Origin: the human T2T-CHM13v2.0 reference genome, Homo sapiens | Reading direction: 5' to 3' (one strand) | Assembly: GCF_009914755.1 (NCBI RefSeq) | Contig: NC_060933.1 | DNA length: 64,000 bases | In this document: positions 25,604 to 40,100 of the stretch, one piece after another | Position numbering within the stretch: the first letter of the stretch is position 1 | How the letters are laid out: every line of letters begins with the position of its first letter | Made by a program: the position numbers and the translations under genes | Notes under the pieces: model-generated | Seen by the model: the letters and a program-made list of their open reading frames with translations, nothing else | The model's database searches: none | Told to the model about the DNA's origin: nothing

Positions 25604-27809
25604 TATATTTGTACCTTTATAGAAGCACATGCAGTCATTTTGGACTTGTGTTTGGATAATGATTTTCAATATTAACACAAGCATATCAGGGACGATCTGG
25701 GTGTCCATTACACATGGGCTATGACGATCATGCTATGTTTGCATGTTTACTTATGGCATTGTTCCCACTCAATGAAGTCGAAAAGGCCAAGTGAATGAAT
25801 TCTGGTACCCAGAAATTGGAGTAAAGAGAGCGTTGGGGAATAGACTTCTCTGCCACACTCAGTGAATCGTGCATGCCTAAGTCAGAGACTGCTTCCTGAG
25901 AATTGAGGCTGTGTCCAATTCCTGTCTCTCTGGCACAGCTGGGAGCTGTGTCATGAAGGCGGAGGGGCCCCAAGTAGTAACAGCCAGAGTCCCTGAGTCA
26001 CTGCTTGGAGGACAGCCACTTGCCAACCAGGAGCAATCATTTTTTATTTTACATGAGTGCAAAGTAAACTTGAATTATATCTTGTTAAACCATGAGATTC
26101 TGGGGATTTATCTGATACAGGAACTTTTAGTAGCTAAACCAATACTAGAGACAAACAAAGAAATAGAGACAAAAGTAGGAGATCAGATCATGCCAGGTGC
26201 CCCACAGACCCCAGGGGCAGGGCAGAGTGACTGCTGCTCAGAGGTGGCTGCAGCCTCTTTGACAAGGTGGCATGAAGCCGACTCTAGGAAAGATCACAGG
26301 AGCAGTGAAGGGAGATACGTCTGCACAAAGACCCAAGGTGTACAGGGCCTGAGCACTGGGAAAGCAGAAAGAAGACCAGTGGAGCAGCATGTGAGATGTT
26401 GGAGAAGCAGGCAGTGGGCAGATCATGGGGGGTGTGGTGGGACGAAGAAAAAAGTGAATTATATTCAAAATGCAATGGGAATCTAACAAAAGGTGAAGCT
26501 ATCGGATAACATCTAATAGTTTGATTTATGTTGGGAGGAAAATGGATGGCAGACAGCTGAGGGTGGCAGACAAGAGAGGGTGGCCATGGGGGGACTGCAG
26601 AGCTGCTGATGAGACTTGTCAACGGGTTCAACTATGGATGGAGAAGAAGCCAGGCCACACCTAGACTGTTGACCGAGGACCTGAAAGAGAAGCGTCTCCA
26701 GAGAGATTAACCCAGGTTGGAAGGATGGATTATCCTTAGCCAGGAAACAAAGCCTTCCAGTTATTAACATCCTTGGAACAGCGTAGTTATGGGACAGACA
26801 TTCTCTGTATTTGTTTTATGGAAATTAAAATCCGGAAACATTGTCTATAAAACTAGCCCTGAGGCAACAGCGTAGACTCTAAACCCAATATCGGTAAATT
26901 AGTTTCTTCAAAACGACATCACCTGTCACATTAAATTAATGTGCTTTATTTGTCTTTTATTGGGTTTGTAGTTTTATAGTACTGAATTTAAAAATTATTT
27001 TGGTTTATAGTTATATAAAAGCTATAAAATGTATGAAATGTATGCCTAATTTCATGATGTTTCAGATTTAAGTCACATTGCAAAGAGAATTAATGCAGGA
27101 GATCTATGATGCATTCTTTTTTCTTTGAAAGAGTTGTATAATTTGTTCAGTTTTGACAAAACTGTTTTAGTGCTCTGCTGAAAAATGCTGTTGTGGGTAC
27201 ACAACGATGGCCCTGTTAGACTCTGTGTGTGGCAAGAGGACAGGATTTGGCTGAGGGATGTCTCCCGTCCTGTTCCTGCTGGGATCAGCTGCACACATTA
27301 AAGATAGTGGCCATCACTGGGAAAAAGCCCTTGCTCCTGACCTTGCTTGCATATGATCATCACCTGAGGAGTGTCCAGATTACCAAAGTCTTGGTGCTAA
27401 CCCTAGAGATGCAGATTTCAGTGGTTTGAGTGAAGCCTGGGTGTTAGAGGCTTACAAACTGGGGCAGGTGATTTGAATATGTAGGCCAGGTTGGGAGCTG
27501 GTGAATAGAGCCGAACCACTCAGCCCCATGGTCCAGCCAGTGACCACATTTCATTAATGTGGGTCCACTAGGGAGTCAGCGGGAGGTGCCCCTCAGAGGG
27601 AAAGCTGAACAACTCTTGGACATCAGCTGGTAGTATGAAACAGTGTGGCTCTGTAACCTCGCCAGTCTCTCTGCCAATGTGTTGTCACTAAATAAGAAGC
27701 AAGGGAGAAATGCCAACGCAAGACATTTTAAGACAGATAGGAAACAGGAGGTTCACCTTCCTGGCTTTAAAAAATATTTTTATTCAAATCCCAAAGTCTA
27801 GCTGGTCCC

Positions 27810-28337
<528 letters not shown>

Positions 28338-28924
28338 GTCCTTCCAAAAGAATTCTATCTTTGAGAAGACAGCAAAGCGAATGGACAGAGGCATCCCCTC
28401 TGGGCCTGGAGCCAGGCTGCTGGCAGCCAGGTGTCATGAGGTGGGATGGAGTTGAGCTGTGGTTGGTTTCGCATCTTTGAAGCTAGCATCACCAGCATCC
28501 CCATGCCTCCTGGCCAGGGCTGGAAAGCATCTCTCACTTCACCTCTTCGTGGAATCAAATTATAATTTCCTACTCCTTAACTTAAGGTACTCTTGCACCT
28601 TAACCCTCTGCTCCCCATGTTCTCCTTCCCTCGTAGACTGCAGGGGTCCCTTCGGAACATCATGCACCACTATAGACCCTCAATTCATGGTCCGCTGCTT
28701 GTACACAGTAGGCACCCAGTAAATATCTGTTAGTTAAACACCAAACCAATCCAGGGTCTCATCTTTGTTCTGGGGAATAGAGAACCTCTGCTTGGGTCTC
28801 CATTCTTCCAAGTCGGGTTGTCGGTATAGTTGTGGTTGATCCCCTTAGAAAACAGTGACTATGACCAGCCATGGCTGGAGGATCCCACGGCAGTGTGCTG
28901 AGCACTGTGCTTCCTCTACTAACT

Positions 28925-29375
28925 GTGCACTTGGCTTGGTTTAGGCTTTTCCTAAAACAGAGCCTGAGACAAGAGTTTGCTTGCAAGGAGTTTATTTGGG
29001 AAGTGATTACAGGATTATAGGGGTGGGGAAAAGAGGGGACTGGACGAGGGGCATATTATCAAGGGGGGAACATGGCAGCCCCTGGAAGATTCTTTCCAAT
29101 GCCCCATGCCTGGTGGTCTCACTCTCCTGAGGGTGGGAGTGGAGGTTTTGCTGCTGCTCCACTGGCTGTTAGCCCCCTGCACTCCGGGCTGTGCTTGTAG
29201 GACCTGGAAGGCTTCCCTGGCATCAGAGTGCCCTAGGGACAGGATGCTGACAGGTGCACTGAGCTTGGGCAGGGCCATGCTGCACCAGGAGGCTCTGAGC
29301 TGTCCAGAGTGTCCACAGCAGCTGTGGCTGAAGTTGGAGGTGGACTGGCAGAAAGTGACTTTTGGCACCTGAAGG
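28925..29375 (-). mobile_element. LTR16-like ERVL LTR
   Basis: CAGAGCCTGAGACAAGAG...GTTTATTTGGGAAGTGAT. Confidence 0.55.
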
Positions 29376-30894
29376 GTCAGCCTCCGCGGTTTGGGGAAGG
29401 TTTCTCAACATCTCATACTCTCCATTTCAGCATCTATCACACAGGGGCTCCCAGGGAAGGGTGGCAGGGCCAGCAGTGGTAGCCTCTGGCCCCATCTGGA
29501 CCTACAGAGTCAGAAATCTGCATTTAAGCAAACAGCCCAGGGCATTGTGATGCACACTAAAGCTTGGGAACCACTTACTTAGAACTGCTTCGCTTATTGT
29601 CATCCCTTTCTCTACAGTTAATCCTTGGGTGCATATTTATTGATGTCCACCATGAGAGCGGCTCTGTGCTGGGCTGCAGGGAGACATAAGCAGGAGACAA
29701 AGTCCCTGTCCTCACAGCCCCACAATGTTTGGGAGAGCAGGGAACACACGGGCTGTCCCTGTGTGGAAAGGGCTGTGAATGGGGAGCGGTGGTACTGGTG
29801 GTGCAGAGAAAAAGGAGAGGCTCATTTCTGAGCCTCTACCACACACCAGCATCCTGAGAGGGGTGTGTAGCCAGGCGCTCCTTCAACTTCCTACCAGCTC
29901 TGCAAAGGGGTCCCTGTGGTCCTGTCCCACAGCTCACCATTTTGTTGCAGGGACCGTGCAGCAGTCTCTGGATGAGGGAAGGTCTGAGCAGAGCTTTGGA
30001 GCATGATGAGAAGTGACCCAGAAGATCCAGGGCAGGGTGGAGGGAAGGGCTGTAAGAGGTAGGGCTGGGACCACTGATGCTTTGTTGAGTCACTGCCCAG
30101 CCACAAGAAGCAGCCACCTCGTAATGTTGTGTGAAGACGAAATGAACTCTGGTTGTGTTCAGCCACAGTCAGTTAGGCATGATTTAGTGGAAAAGTGAGC
30201 TCAGCCTGATGGATTACAATACATATGGAACACTTATGAGGATCGATGTGTCCAAGACCACACCTCAGAGCCGTAAGAACCCAAACATGTCTGGTTGGAC
30301 AGCTGCCTGGGTAATGGGCAGGGAGCCGGAAAGAAGGCATACCTGGGAGGTGGGCCCTCAGCTTTGTGTCGCACATGCTGAGCTGGGTAGGTTAAAGTCC
30401 TGTCCACAGAGAAGCAGCGAGCAGAGGTCTGGGTCTGGGATGCAGAATACAGGTCTGGGAAGAACACCCAGGGGTGGGAGTTGCCGGTATGTGGATGGTG
30501 AGGTTGTCCAGGAGAAGAGGGTTTAGATACAAGCCCCCATGCACACCAGCACTTCATGGAAGGGCAGAGGACAGCACCCACAAAAACAGCGCAGGGACTG
30601 GAACTGGAGAATACCTCCTCAGGACACAGGCAAAAGAGCTCTTGCAGAAGCCTGTAGTCAATAGTACCAAATGCTGCCTGGGCAGGTTGAGTGAGGAGCT
30701 TAAAAAGGGCCCTTGGTCTACATGAAGGGATATCCTAGTGGGAGTAGTCATTATTTTATTTTTACTTTTTTTTTTTACTGTGGGCATAGCCAGAGATGAG
30801 GCCTTTATGGTGTGCAAGTGGCTGCGGCCTGTTGGCATGCTGCAGTATCATGACATCTCTGAGGAGACAGCCTTGAATAATTAAACACGGATAG

Positions 30895-31135
30895 CAGAGC
30901 TATGAAGACTATGAGCAAGGAGACAAAGGCCTAGGCTCAAGCTGAAATCCTCTACTTACCAGCTAGGTTACCTGGGGAAATTGCTTAAGCATTTTGTGCC
31001 TCAGTTTTCTCATCTGTAAAATGGGATGATAATAGGACTGATCGCACAGGTTACTGAAAGATTAACTGAGCTAATATGCATCTAGTGTGCAGAGCAGTGT
31101 CTGCATGCAGTAAGTGGGCAAAGATGTTGGCGATC
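30895..31135 (+). mobile_element. MIR (near full length)
   Basis: GTGCCTCAGTTTTCTCATCTGTAAAATGGGATGATAATAG. Confidence 0.9.
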
Positions 31136-32044
31136 ACCCTTTTATCTGGTAGAATTTCGCTGAGTTTGGGAGATGACATTGTTCAGTAAGACTCTGTTTT
31201 TCCACAGGCTCCTTGTTAAGAATCACCAGGGCACTTGCTAGAGACATGGATTTCTGGGTTCTAGCCCAGATGTTCTGCCTGGATTCACAGGGAGATGATC
31301 CTGGGACTCTGGCTCCAGCAAGTCCCCAGGGATTCTCATGCTTGGAGAAGGAGAGCAATTCTGCTGGAACAGAATGGGGCACATGTTATAAAAAAGACCT
31401 GTGCACAGGGCCCTAGAGGCCAGATGGAGGTTGGGAGGCCTCATCAGAGGAAAGGCAGTATTGATGTGATTTAGTGAAAGGGAAAGGCTGTGCAGGAGTG
31501 ATGTCAGCAGGACAGTGGCCTAGGGTGCTGCAGACCCTTGCTCCTCTGTGGAAGCACCAGGCGAGGGGCAGTGCATGGCTCCAGGTCGCCTTGTGGGAAC
31601 TCCAGGAACTGGTTAAGGATCTGCAGCAATCACGCAAACTCCCAATGAGGACAAAACCACACTCAAAGCAGCAGGAAATTTTGTGGCATTTGGCTCACCT
31701 CTGCCCCACCTCCTTCCCAGCACAGTCAGGAGGAGACTACCCTACTCCTGGTACCTCCCTTGGGACACAAGGGAAAGACCGAAACATGTTTACAGGGTTC
31801 TGGCTTGTCTGCGGGCTGCCTGTGGAACTGGTTTCTGTCCCACGCATCTTGGAGTGTTGATGGGAAGGGAAGCCTGCTTGGGATATCAGGATGGAGACCC
31901 TGGGGGCAATACTGACTGCTGCCATATGTCAGAGCTGCAGGGGGTACCAGCACAAGGATCAGGGGAAGAAATAAAGCAGAAAGTCGAAGGCTTTCAACAG
32001 ATGCAAAAATGAGGGAGAAATTCAAACATTCTCAGATATACAGC

Positions 32045-34276
32045 ATATAAAAATGTATTCCCACCATTGAGCACCTAAATATATAAAGTGAATGTTAGCA
32101 ACCCTGAAGGGAAAAATTGACAGGAATACAACAGCAGTAGGGAACTTCAGTACCCCACTCTCAATAATGGGCTGATCTTCCAGACAGAAAATCAAGAGGA
32201 AACACTGGGCTTGAACTATACTTTCCACTAAATGGACCTAACAGTCATATACAGAACATTGCATCCAACAGCAGCAGATGGCACATTCTTCTCAAGGGCT
32301 CACAGGGAATGTTTTCCAGGAGAGATCATATGTTAGGCCATAAAACTAGTCTTAACAAATTCAAGAAGATTGATATCACATCAAGGATCTTTTCCAGCCA
32401 CAATGTTATGAAACTAGAAATCAATCAAAGGAGGAAACTGAAAAATTCACAAAAGTGGAAATGAAGCAAGAAGCTCCTGAATAATCAGTGGGTCAAAGAA
32501 GAAATCAAAAGGGAATTCAAAAAATATATGGAAACAAATAAAAATGGAAATATCACACATCAAAGTTTATGGGATGCAGTGAAATCATTTCTAAGAGGAA
32601 AGTTTATATTGATAAATGTCTACATTAAGAATAAAGAAAGGTCAGAAATAAACAACTTGACTTTACATCCCAAGGAACTAGAAAAATAACAAACTAGGTC
32701 CAAGGTTAGCAGAAGAAAGACAAAAACAAAGATCAGAGCAGAAATAAATCGAATAAAGACTAGAAAAATAATACAAAAGATTAAAGAAACTGAGAGTTGG
32801 GTTTTTGAAAAGATAAACAAAATCTGAAACACCTTTAGCTAGACTAACTACGATAGAAGTCTCAAATAAATAAAATCAGAAATGAAAGAGGGGACATTAC
32901 AATTGATACCACATAAATGCAAAGTATGATAAGTGAAAATTATAAACAATGATATACCAATGAATTGAATAACATAGAAGAAATGGATAAATTTCTAGAA
33001 ACATACAACCTACCAAGACTGAATTATGAAGAAATACAAAATTTGAACAGACCAATAAGAAGATTAAATCAGTAATCAAAAGGAGATTGGAGTAGTAATC
33101 AAAAATCTCCCAACAAAGAAAAGCCTAGGACCTAATGGTTTTACTGGTGAATTCTACCAAATATTTAAAGAAAATATAATACTAATCCTTCTCAAACTTT
33201 TCCAAGACATTGAAGAGGAAGGACCACTTTAAAACTCATTCTATGAGGCCAGAATTACCCTGATACCCATGCCAGACAAAGACACTACAACAAAAGAAAA
33301 CTATAGACCGATGTCCCTGATGAATATTGATGCGAAAATCCTCAACAAAATACTAGCAAACAATTCAACAGCACATTAAAAGGATCATAGACCATGACCA
33401 GGTAGGATTTGCTCCTGGAATGCAAGGATAGTTTCTATGGCACTCCTTATGGAAAACAGTATGGCAGTTCCTCAACAATTAAAAATAAAATTAGCATGTG
33501 ATCCAGCAATTTCATTCCTGGATGGGAATTCCATGAGAGAATTGAAAGCAGGGCATTGAGAAGAGATATTTGTACACCTAAGTTCATAGCAGCATTTTTT
33601 TTTTTTAACAATAAATAGCCAAAAAGCTATTTCCACCAGTTAGGTGGTGGAAATGGGGAGCTAGTGTGTAATGGGGACAGAGTTTCAGTTTTACAAGATA
33701 AAAAGAATTCTGGAGATGAACGTAGTTATGGTTGCACAACAATGTGAATGTACTTAGGCCAATGAACTCTATATTGAGAATGGATAAGATGATAAATTTA
33801 GTGTTATGTGTATTTTGCCACAATTTAAAAAAGTTACCCAAGTGCCCACTGATGAATGAATAAACAAAAGGTGGCATATACATTTTATGAAATATTATTC
33901 AGCTTTAGAAAGGAAGGAAATTCTGACATGCTACAATGTAGGCGAACCTTAAAGGTATTATGTTAAGTGAAATGCGCCAGTCACAAAAGGACGAATACCT
34001 TTTTGTGATTCCACTTACATACGATCTCTTCAGTAGTCAAATTCACAGAAACAGAGCTCAGGATGGTGGTTGCTAGGGGCTGGGGAAAAGGGAAATGGGG
34101 AGTTAGTGTGTAACGGGGACAGAGTTTCACTTTTACAAGATAAAAAGATTTCTGGAGATGGAAAGTAGTTATGGTTGTACCACAATGTGAGTGTGCTTAT
34201 GCCACTGACCTCTATATTGGGAATAAATAAAATGGTAAATTTCATGTTATGTGTATTTTACCACAATTTTTAAAAA
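32045..34276 (+). mobile_element. L1MB-type element: ORF2 EN to start of RT, internal deletion near 33436, ORF2 end and 3' UTR with internal duplication
   Basis: A-rich degenerate ORF2 (GATGCGAAAATCCTCAACAAAATACTAGCAAA); L1MB 3' UTR. Confidence 0.92.
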
Positions 34277-34458
34277 GTGAAGAGCCTTGAAAATGGTGAG
34301 AATTTATTCAAAAGGCAATGGAGGGGTATCCAGACATAAGGGAGAGTGTGACATGGCCGTAGGGGATTTGAAATGGCAATTCTGCATGTGTAGAAAACAT
34401 GACTTGGAAGAAGAAACCCGTGGGAGCAGGGAGCCCAGTCAGGAGTTAGCCTAGAGGT

Positions 34459-34638
34459 CAGTGGTTCTCAAACATTCAGATGCACCAGGATGGCTGGGGA
34501 GCTTGTTAGACGCAGGTATAGGTGCCCCAGGGACTTGCATTCAGTGGTTCTAGGGAGGACCTGGGAATGCGCAATTCTAACAAGCTCCCAGGCGATGCTG
34601 ATGTTGCTGGTCTAGGCACCCCAGTTTGGGAACTATTG
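34459..34638. mobile_element. MER5A (hAT-Charlie MITE)
   Basis: TIRs CAGTGGTTCTCAAAC / GTTTGGGAACTATTG; TCTAACAAGCTCCCAGG. Confidence 0.85.
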
Positions 34639-36799
34639 GTCTAGGGAAAGGAAGGGGGTTTTCAAGAGGTGCTGGAAGCAAATAGGGCAGCCAGCCCAGG
34701 GGCAGAAGGGTCATGCCCCTGACTATTCCCAGGGACCTGGACATCTGGCCTGGTCTGTTTATACTAGTGAGCTTCAAGGTTGACAAGAAGCCATATGAGG
34801 TGGATTTACTTACTACCCACTCACCAGAGCGACATCAATCCATAAACAACCCCAAATGATCCATTTCCTGGACACCCTAGGTTCAGCAAAACTTCCACCA
34901 CCTGGCCTCTCTGAGAGGCTTCCTTATGCTTTATTAACCTCTTTTATGGGCCTGGTGGGAGCAACTCGGACCTCAAGGATTGCTTTCTCGTCTATCATGT
35001 GACCTGGCATGATAGCAGTCTGCACCCTATGTGCTTCATGCCTTTGATGGTTTTGAGAGCTGAATGTAAGCGGCTGCCTTAAAAAACCCAGAGTTAATAA
35101 TTCTCCAAGGCAGAAGCCAGGATTTGCACCCTGGGGAGGCCTGACTTCAGATTGGATGATTCCACAGAGCGTGCCGGGAAGCCTGTGTGACATCTGGTCC
35201 CTGGCAGGGTTTCCGGGAGATGTAGGCGACTGCTGCTTCCTCCTTTCCCATCCTGGAGAAATGTTACGATTCCAATGACCTCTGTAGCTGCTGAGAAGAT
35301 AGCAGACTGTGCTCTGGGGTCTTCCAACCTCAGAGCACACACTGGACAGGATATTGGAATGCCAGGGTTGTTAGGGCCAGTCCCGCCCCACCTGGGACCT
35401 GGTAACTTGGTCACACCAGTCTCCTCTGAGCATCTATAATGTGGGGTGGGGGTGGGGATAGGCTTTTTGCCTTATGAATGTCTGTGTAGCACTCATTTCC
35501 TGGGACCCTCACCACTGGGGAGCTTGTGCAGATAAAATCCACCCTCAAACAAGAACATCTCACCAGCAGCTGGTGGTGGACAGGCAGGCATCCAGAGACT
35601 GGAGCAGATGCTTCTCAGCTCTGGCCAGTGAGTGCCCCTTGATCCCTGTGCCCCAGCCTGGAGCTTCCAGGGGTCCAAGAGACCTTCCTTCCCAGGTTCC
35701 TTCTTGCTCTCCCTGCTCTGTCCTCTCCCCATGGCTGCCTCCCCTTGTGCCATGGCTCAAGGGGAATGTCCTTCCTATTCCCAATGGCCACCTTCTCGCC
35801 CTGAGGACACGTCTCCACCTGTCTCTCTGTGGAGTGTGAGCATCAGGAAACCCTCTGTGCTCCCAGCGAGACTGCCGGTGAGTGGAATCTGGCTTTGGGA
35901 AGCATCTTGAGTGCAGGACACCAACAGCATCAGAAATTTCTGAACAGCACCTGCCTTCTAGGGTGTAACGAGGTGCCACAGGGAGACCCCCAGTGCTTGG
36001 CACACTGTAGGCATGTAGCAGCTTTTCATGGAACTAAGGGACAAAGGTGTGACTTGCAAGGACACAGTGGCTTTTCTTCTTTTAGGAGAGCCCAGAGGTG
36101 CTCCTTAGGCAGGCCAGTAATGGGAGCTGAGTGAGGGGGAGGAGGAAGAGGGTGGCTTTGCTTCCCTGGGGTGGGGGGTTCTATTCCCTAATGGCCATTG
36201 GAAATCAGCATTCATACTTGGCAAGAAATAGCTAACCTCTACCTTGGGGAGCATAGGCTTGGAGAGGATGTTTCAAAAGAATGGGCTTTCTTTGCTGATG
36301 CTGGATCAAACGTACTGAGACATGGCCACAGAAGCTCTGCTGCTTTATGGACATGAAAGGTGGGTGACAAAGCCCTGAAGAGGGGACTAGGGTATCCTAA
36401 ATTCTGAAATCTGTCCCCAGATGCACAAGCCTCCATGTGGAAAAGGGAGAAGGACTGCTTGCGTGGTGTATGGCCTTGGGTGCAGTGACAGATGGCGCAC
36501 ACCTGCCCCAGTGCCCTCCATTGAGGTTTGGAGCAGTTGGAGCAGTGACCTCACCTCTGCACAGACCCACCTGCAGGGTGGGGGGATAGGACGGGGCTAT
36601 CTCAAGTGTGGGGGGCACCAGGGCAGAGCGCCTGGGAAGTATTGCCAGGATAACTAACTGAAGACCAGTGGTTAGGGCAGGGGAGCCCTGCCCCTGTTCT
36701 CTGTCCTGTCTCTCAGGAGCTGGTGTGGGATGCGGAGATCAGGTGCACAGTGAGGGGCGTGGCTGTGGATTGAACATAGCATGGTCAGGCTTCTGTCTT

Positions 36800-37048
36800 T
36801 TATTATTTATTTATTCATTTATTTATGATATATCATAGTTGTACATACGTTGGGGGTACATGTGATACTTTGATACCTGTATGAAACATGTAATGATCAA
36901 ATCAAGGAAATTAAGATCTTCATTACCTCAAACATTTGTCTTTTTTGTGTGTGTTGAGTATGTTACAAATCTTCTTTTCCAGCCACTTTGGACTATATGG
37001 TGAGTGATTGCTAACTATAATTTCCCTACTACACTATCAAGTACTAGA
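36800..37048 (-). mobile_element. 5'-truncated L1MA (MA4-like) 3' end
   Basis: GGGGTACATGTGATACTTTGATAC; TSD AGGCTTYTGTCTT at 36787-36799 and 37049-37061 (12/13). Confidence 0.88.
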
Positions 37049-38660
37049 AGGCTTTTGTCTTCATTAGGATAGAAACTACCCAGATATGTACTTGGAATAT
37101 AAATGTCTGCATTTTAATCTCAGCTTCTTATTTCTGAAGAAAGGAAATTGAATAACCAGGGATGATGTTTAAGCGCATGTCTGTGTAAACATTTAAACAT
37201 GTGTAGAAAGGTATTTTCAACAAGCATGTAGCTTGGGAATGCTCCATGTCTGAATTCTGAATGCATGCAATATACTTTCATCTAAGGAGAATATCATCAG
37301 TATTACAAATACAAAGCCATAAAAAATTCTGCTGATGCTTTTAGGGACGGATCAATGCACTGTTTTCATTTGCAATTTTCCAATTTATGTTGAGTCATTT
37401 TAAGAACTACTTCGTAAGTACATTTTGGATTTTGAAATTGGCTTTGCATTTATTTTGGAAAGAATAGTAACTCCTTTGATTAGAAGCGAAAGGTATGAGG
37501 TCACATGTTTCTATTAGATGCCTCTGTCTGGAGAACTTGCTATTTACAAAACCATGACACTGTCTTACATGGTGTTATAAGGGTTAACAAGTTTCCCCCT
37601 TAAGTAATGTCCCCAAGTAAGTGATCAAGTCCTGTGCTGCCAATGGCAGATAAGAGACATTAAGATAAACAGACTGAGAGGAAATAGCCGTAGAGTTCAA
37701 CAGGAAGAATCCATTCTGGCTATTAAAAGCTTTTTGACAAGGATGTTCTAAGACCGGCTGGACAGGAGCCGGTGGTAAAGGGGTGTGTGTCTCCTTCCTT
37801 GGAAGCCCAGCAAGAACAGAGCAATAGGTGTTAGGTAGGGAGAGGCAGGAGTGACGCCCCTCCTGCCTCAGCTGGCCACTTCCTGCAGTCCTTTAGATAC
37901 TCAGCTTAGATGTCGTTTCTCCAGAAGTCTCCCTCACATCCCAGACAACAATAGGAGGCCCAGGTTATACTACTAAGTCCCTCCACAGAACCCTCCAAGA
38001 AACCTCCACAGCCAGGCTTAGCATAGGGCATCTCGTGATTTCTTGTTTACTTCTCTGCATTCACTTGGCCATCAGCAGGAGTGCATCCTGGTCACCAGTG
38101 TGTCCCTGCAACACCAACACTCAAGGTTCATTTCTTCTGGCTCACACAAGTTCAGCTGGAAGCCTTCTGCAGCTCCTCTCAGGCCAGCGTGTTTCATGAG
38201 TAATAACAATAGTAATATGAGCACCCCTCCCTTCAGCCAGAGTTAGCAAGGCTCCTCTGCTTGGGGCGTTGAGTTTCAGGTGAAGAAGAAACATTGGATG
38301 AAAGAGATGTTCCTAAGTTTTCACTTCCACCATCTAGAGGCAAGTAAACGGCATCACTGTGGTTTGAGGGGGGTGATATCCCTGGTATTGGCTCCCATGG
38401 CAGTAGGGGAGGCTCAGTCCCTTGTGCCTTCAGCCAGGAGAGTGGAGATGCCGCCTGAGCTTCGATCCGAGGCAGTTTCTGGGAGGAGGTGGGTGGGCCC
38501 TGCTGCGGCAGCTTCGACACCAGGCTTTCCATCCATGCTTCTCGCCTCTGCAGCACTTCTCCATTTCCCACGGCCCCTCCTCTCACCAGGACATCCCACA
38601 CTCCCCTCCCACCCCTTTCAAATAGGATGCATCTGCTGTTAAAAAAAAAAAAAATGAAGC

Positions 38661-38935
38661 CACTTTGGAAGGCCAAGGTGGGCAGATCACTTGAGGTCAG
38701 GAGTTCGAGACCAGCCTGGCCAAAACAGCGAAACCCCATCTCTACTAGAAAAAAAAAATTACAAAAAATATTAGGCGGGCACGGTGGTACATGCCTGTAG
38801 TCATAGCTACTTGGGAGACTGAGGCATAAGAATCGCTTGAACTTGGAAGGCGGAGGTTGCAATGAGCCGCGTTTGCATCACTGCACCCCAGCCTGGGTGA
38901 CAGATCGAGACTCTGTCTCAAAAAAAAAAAAAAAA
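38661..38935 (+). mobile_element. AluSz-like, first ~33 bp missing
   Basis: Starts at CACTTTGG; GATCACTTGAGGTCAGG; poly(A). Confidence 0.93.
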
Positions 38936-39919
38936 TCCTGAAGCAGCCTTCCCTTCACCCCACTGGCCTGACATGGCTCCCATCTCCCTTTGGTTCCTGG
39001 ATCTCCTAGGTTCCTGGATAGAATGGCCTTGCTTTGTTCCCATTTTCTCATCTCCCTTCTCTTCTGCCCACTCCAAACTCAGCCCCGCCCCCGTCTCCCT
39101 GGAGATGATGTACCCAGTGCACATCGATAACTAAACAGGCATGTCTAGCACATGGACTCCCCGGCTCCCAGTTTCTTCACCACAAAGTTTCTCTAAGGGA
39201 CTTTTGGGCCACTTCCCCAGAGCAAAACATGCAGCTGTTAAATAGTTGCCAGGCAATTAAATCATTGTGAGCAGGGGTGAATTCCTCTCCCACAAGAGAG
39301 GAATTTTACTTTTGTCGTGGGGAGTGGGAGGTATTTATCCAGGGTGGACTAGGGCATTAATTATCGCTGCTGCCAATTTGCACGGCAAGAGCTGGGCCTC
39401 ATCTGCACTCCTTTTCCTCGGTTTTCCTTTCCGAGGAAGGTAGATTTGTTGGGAGAGGATGCTGCAGGCTGAACCTCACCTCAGCCAGAAGTACCTGGGC
39501 TTGCAGAGTTGCTGGACCGGAAGGCCAGGCCTAGAAGGGGGCAGGTGCTTGAGATGTGGAGCTGCTGGCAGGGAGCAGCTGGAGCTGAGGCTGGTTCCCA
39601 GTCTCCTCCTCTTCCCACATCAGTGTCCTCCCATATCAGAGGCTCAGGCGGGAAGCCTGGAGTGAGCGAGTGAGCTGTGCCACCTCCAGCCCCTCTGGCT
39701 TCTTCAGGGAAGGTCACAGGGAGTTCCTCTCCCCTCAGGACCACACACACAGAGGGGTAAGGGAAGGGGGATTGGCCAGAAAATCCAGAAAAGACAAAGG
39801 ATTCCAAAAGCTGAATTTGAAGAAATAAATTTTGCAAAATATGGCCTGCTAGCATTCATTGCCACTTCTAGTGGCGCTAGGAATTGTTTCTTTCTGACAA
39901 GGCCAAAACACACTAGGAC

Positions 39920-40100
39920 AGAAATTCTCAACCACAGAGGGAGTGGCAGCTGTGCTCCCAGGAGACATTTGGTGATGTCTGGAGACACTTTGTGTAGTCA
40001 CAACTGGGAGGAGGAGTAGAGCCCAGGCAAGCTGCCGATGCCCTGCAGCAGCAATTATCTGGTCCTAAATGCCCATGGTGCCAAGGTTGAGAAATCGTAT
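39920..40100. mobile_element. MER20 (hAT-Charlie) remnant
   Basis: GACATTTGGTGATGTCTGGAGACA; GTGCCAAGGTTGAGAAA. Confidence 0.8.

Noticed and set aside
32045-33436. L1 ORF2 as a functional CDS
   Set aside because: Many stops and frameshifts, and most of RT is deleted.
39531-39880. CTCF-like motifs (CTAGAAGGGGGCAG; GCCACTTCTAGTGGCGC)
   Set aside because: Only partial matches; not supportable without ChIP data.
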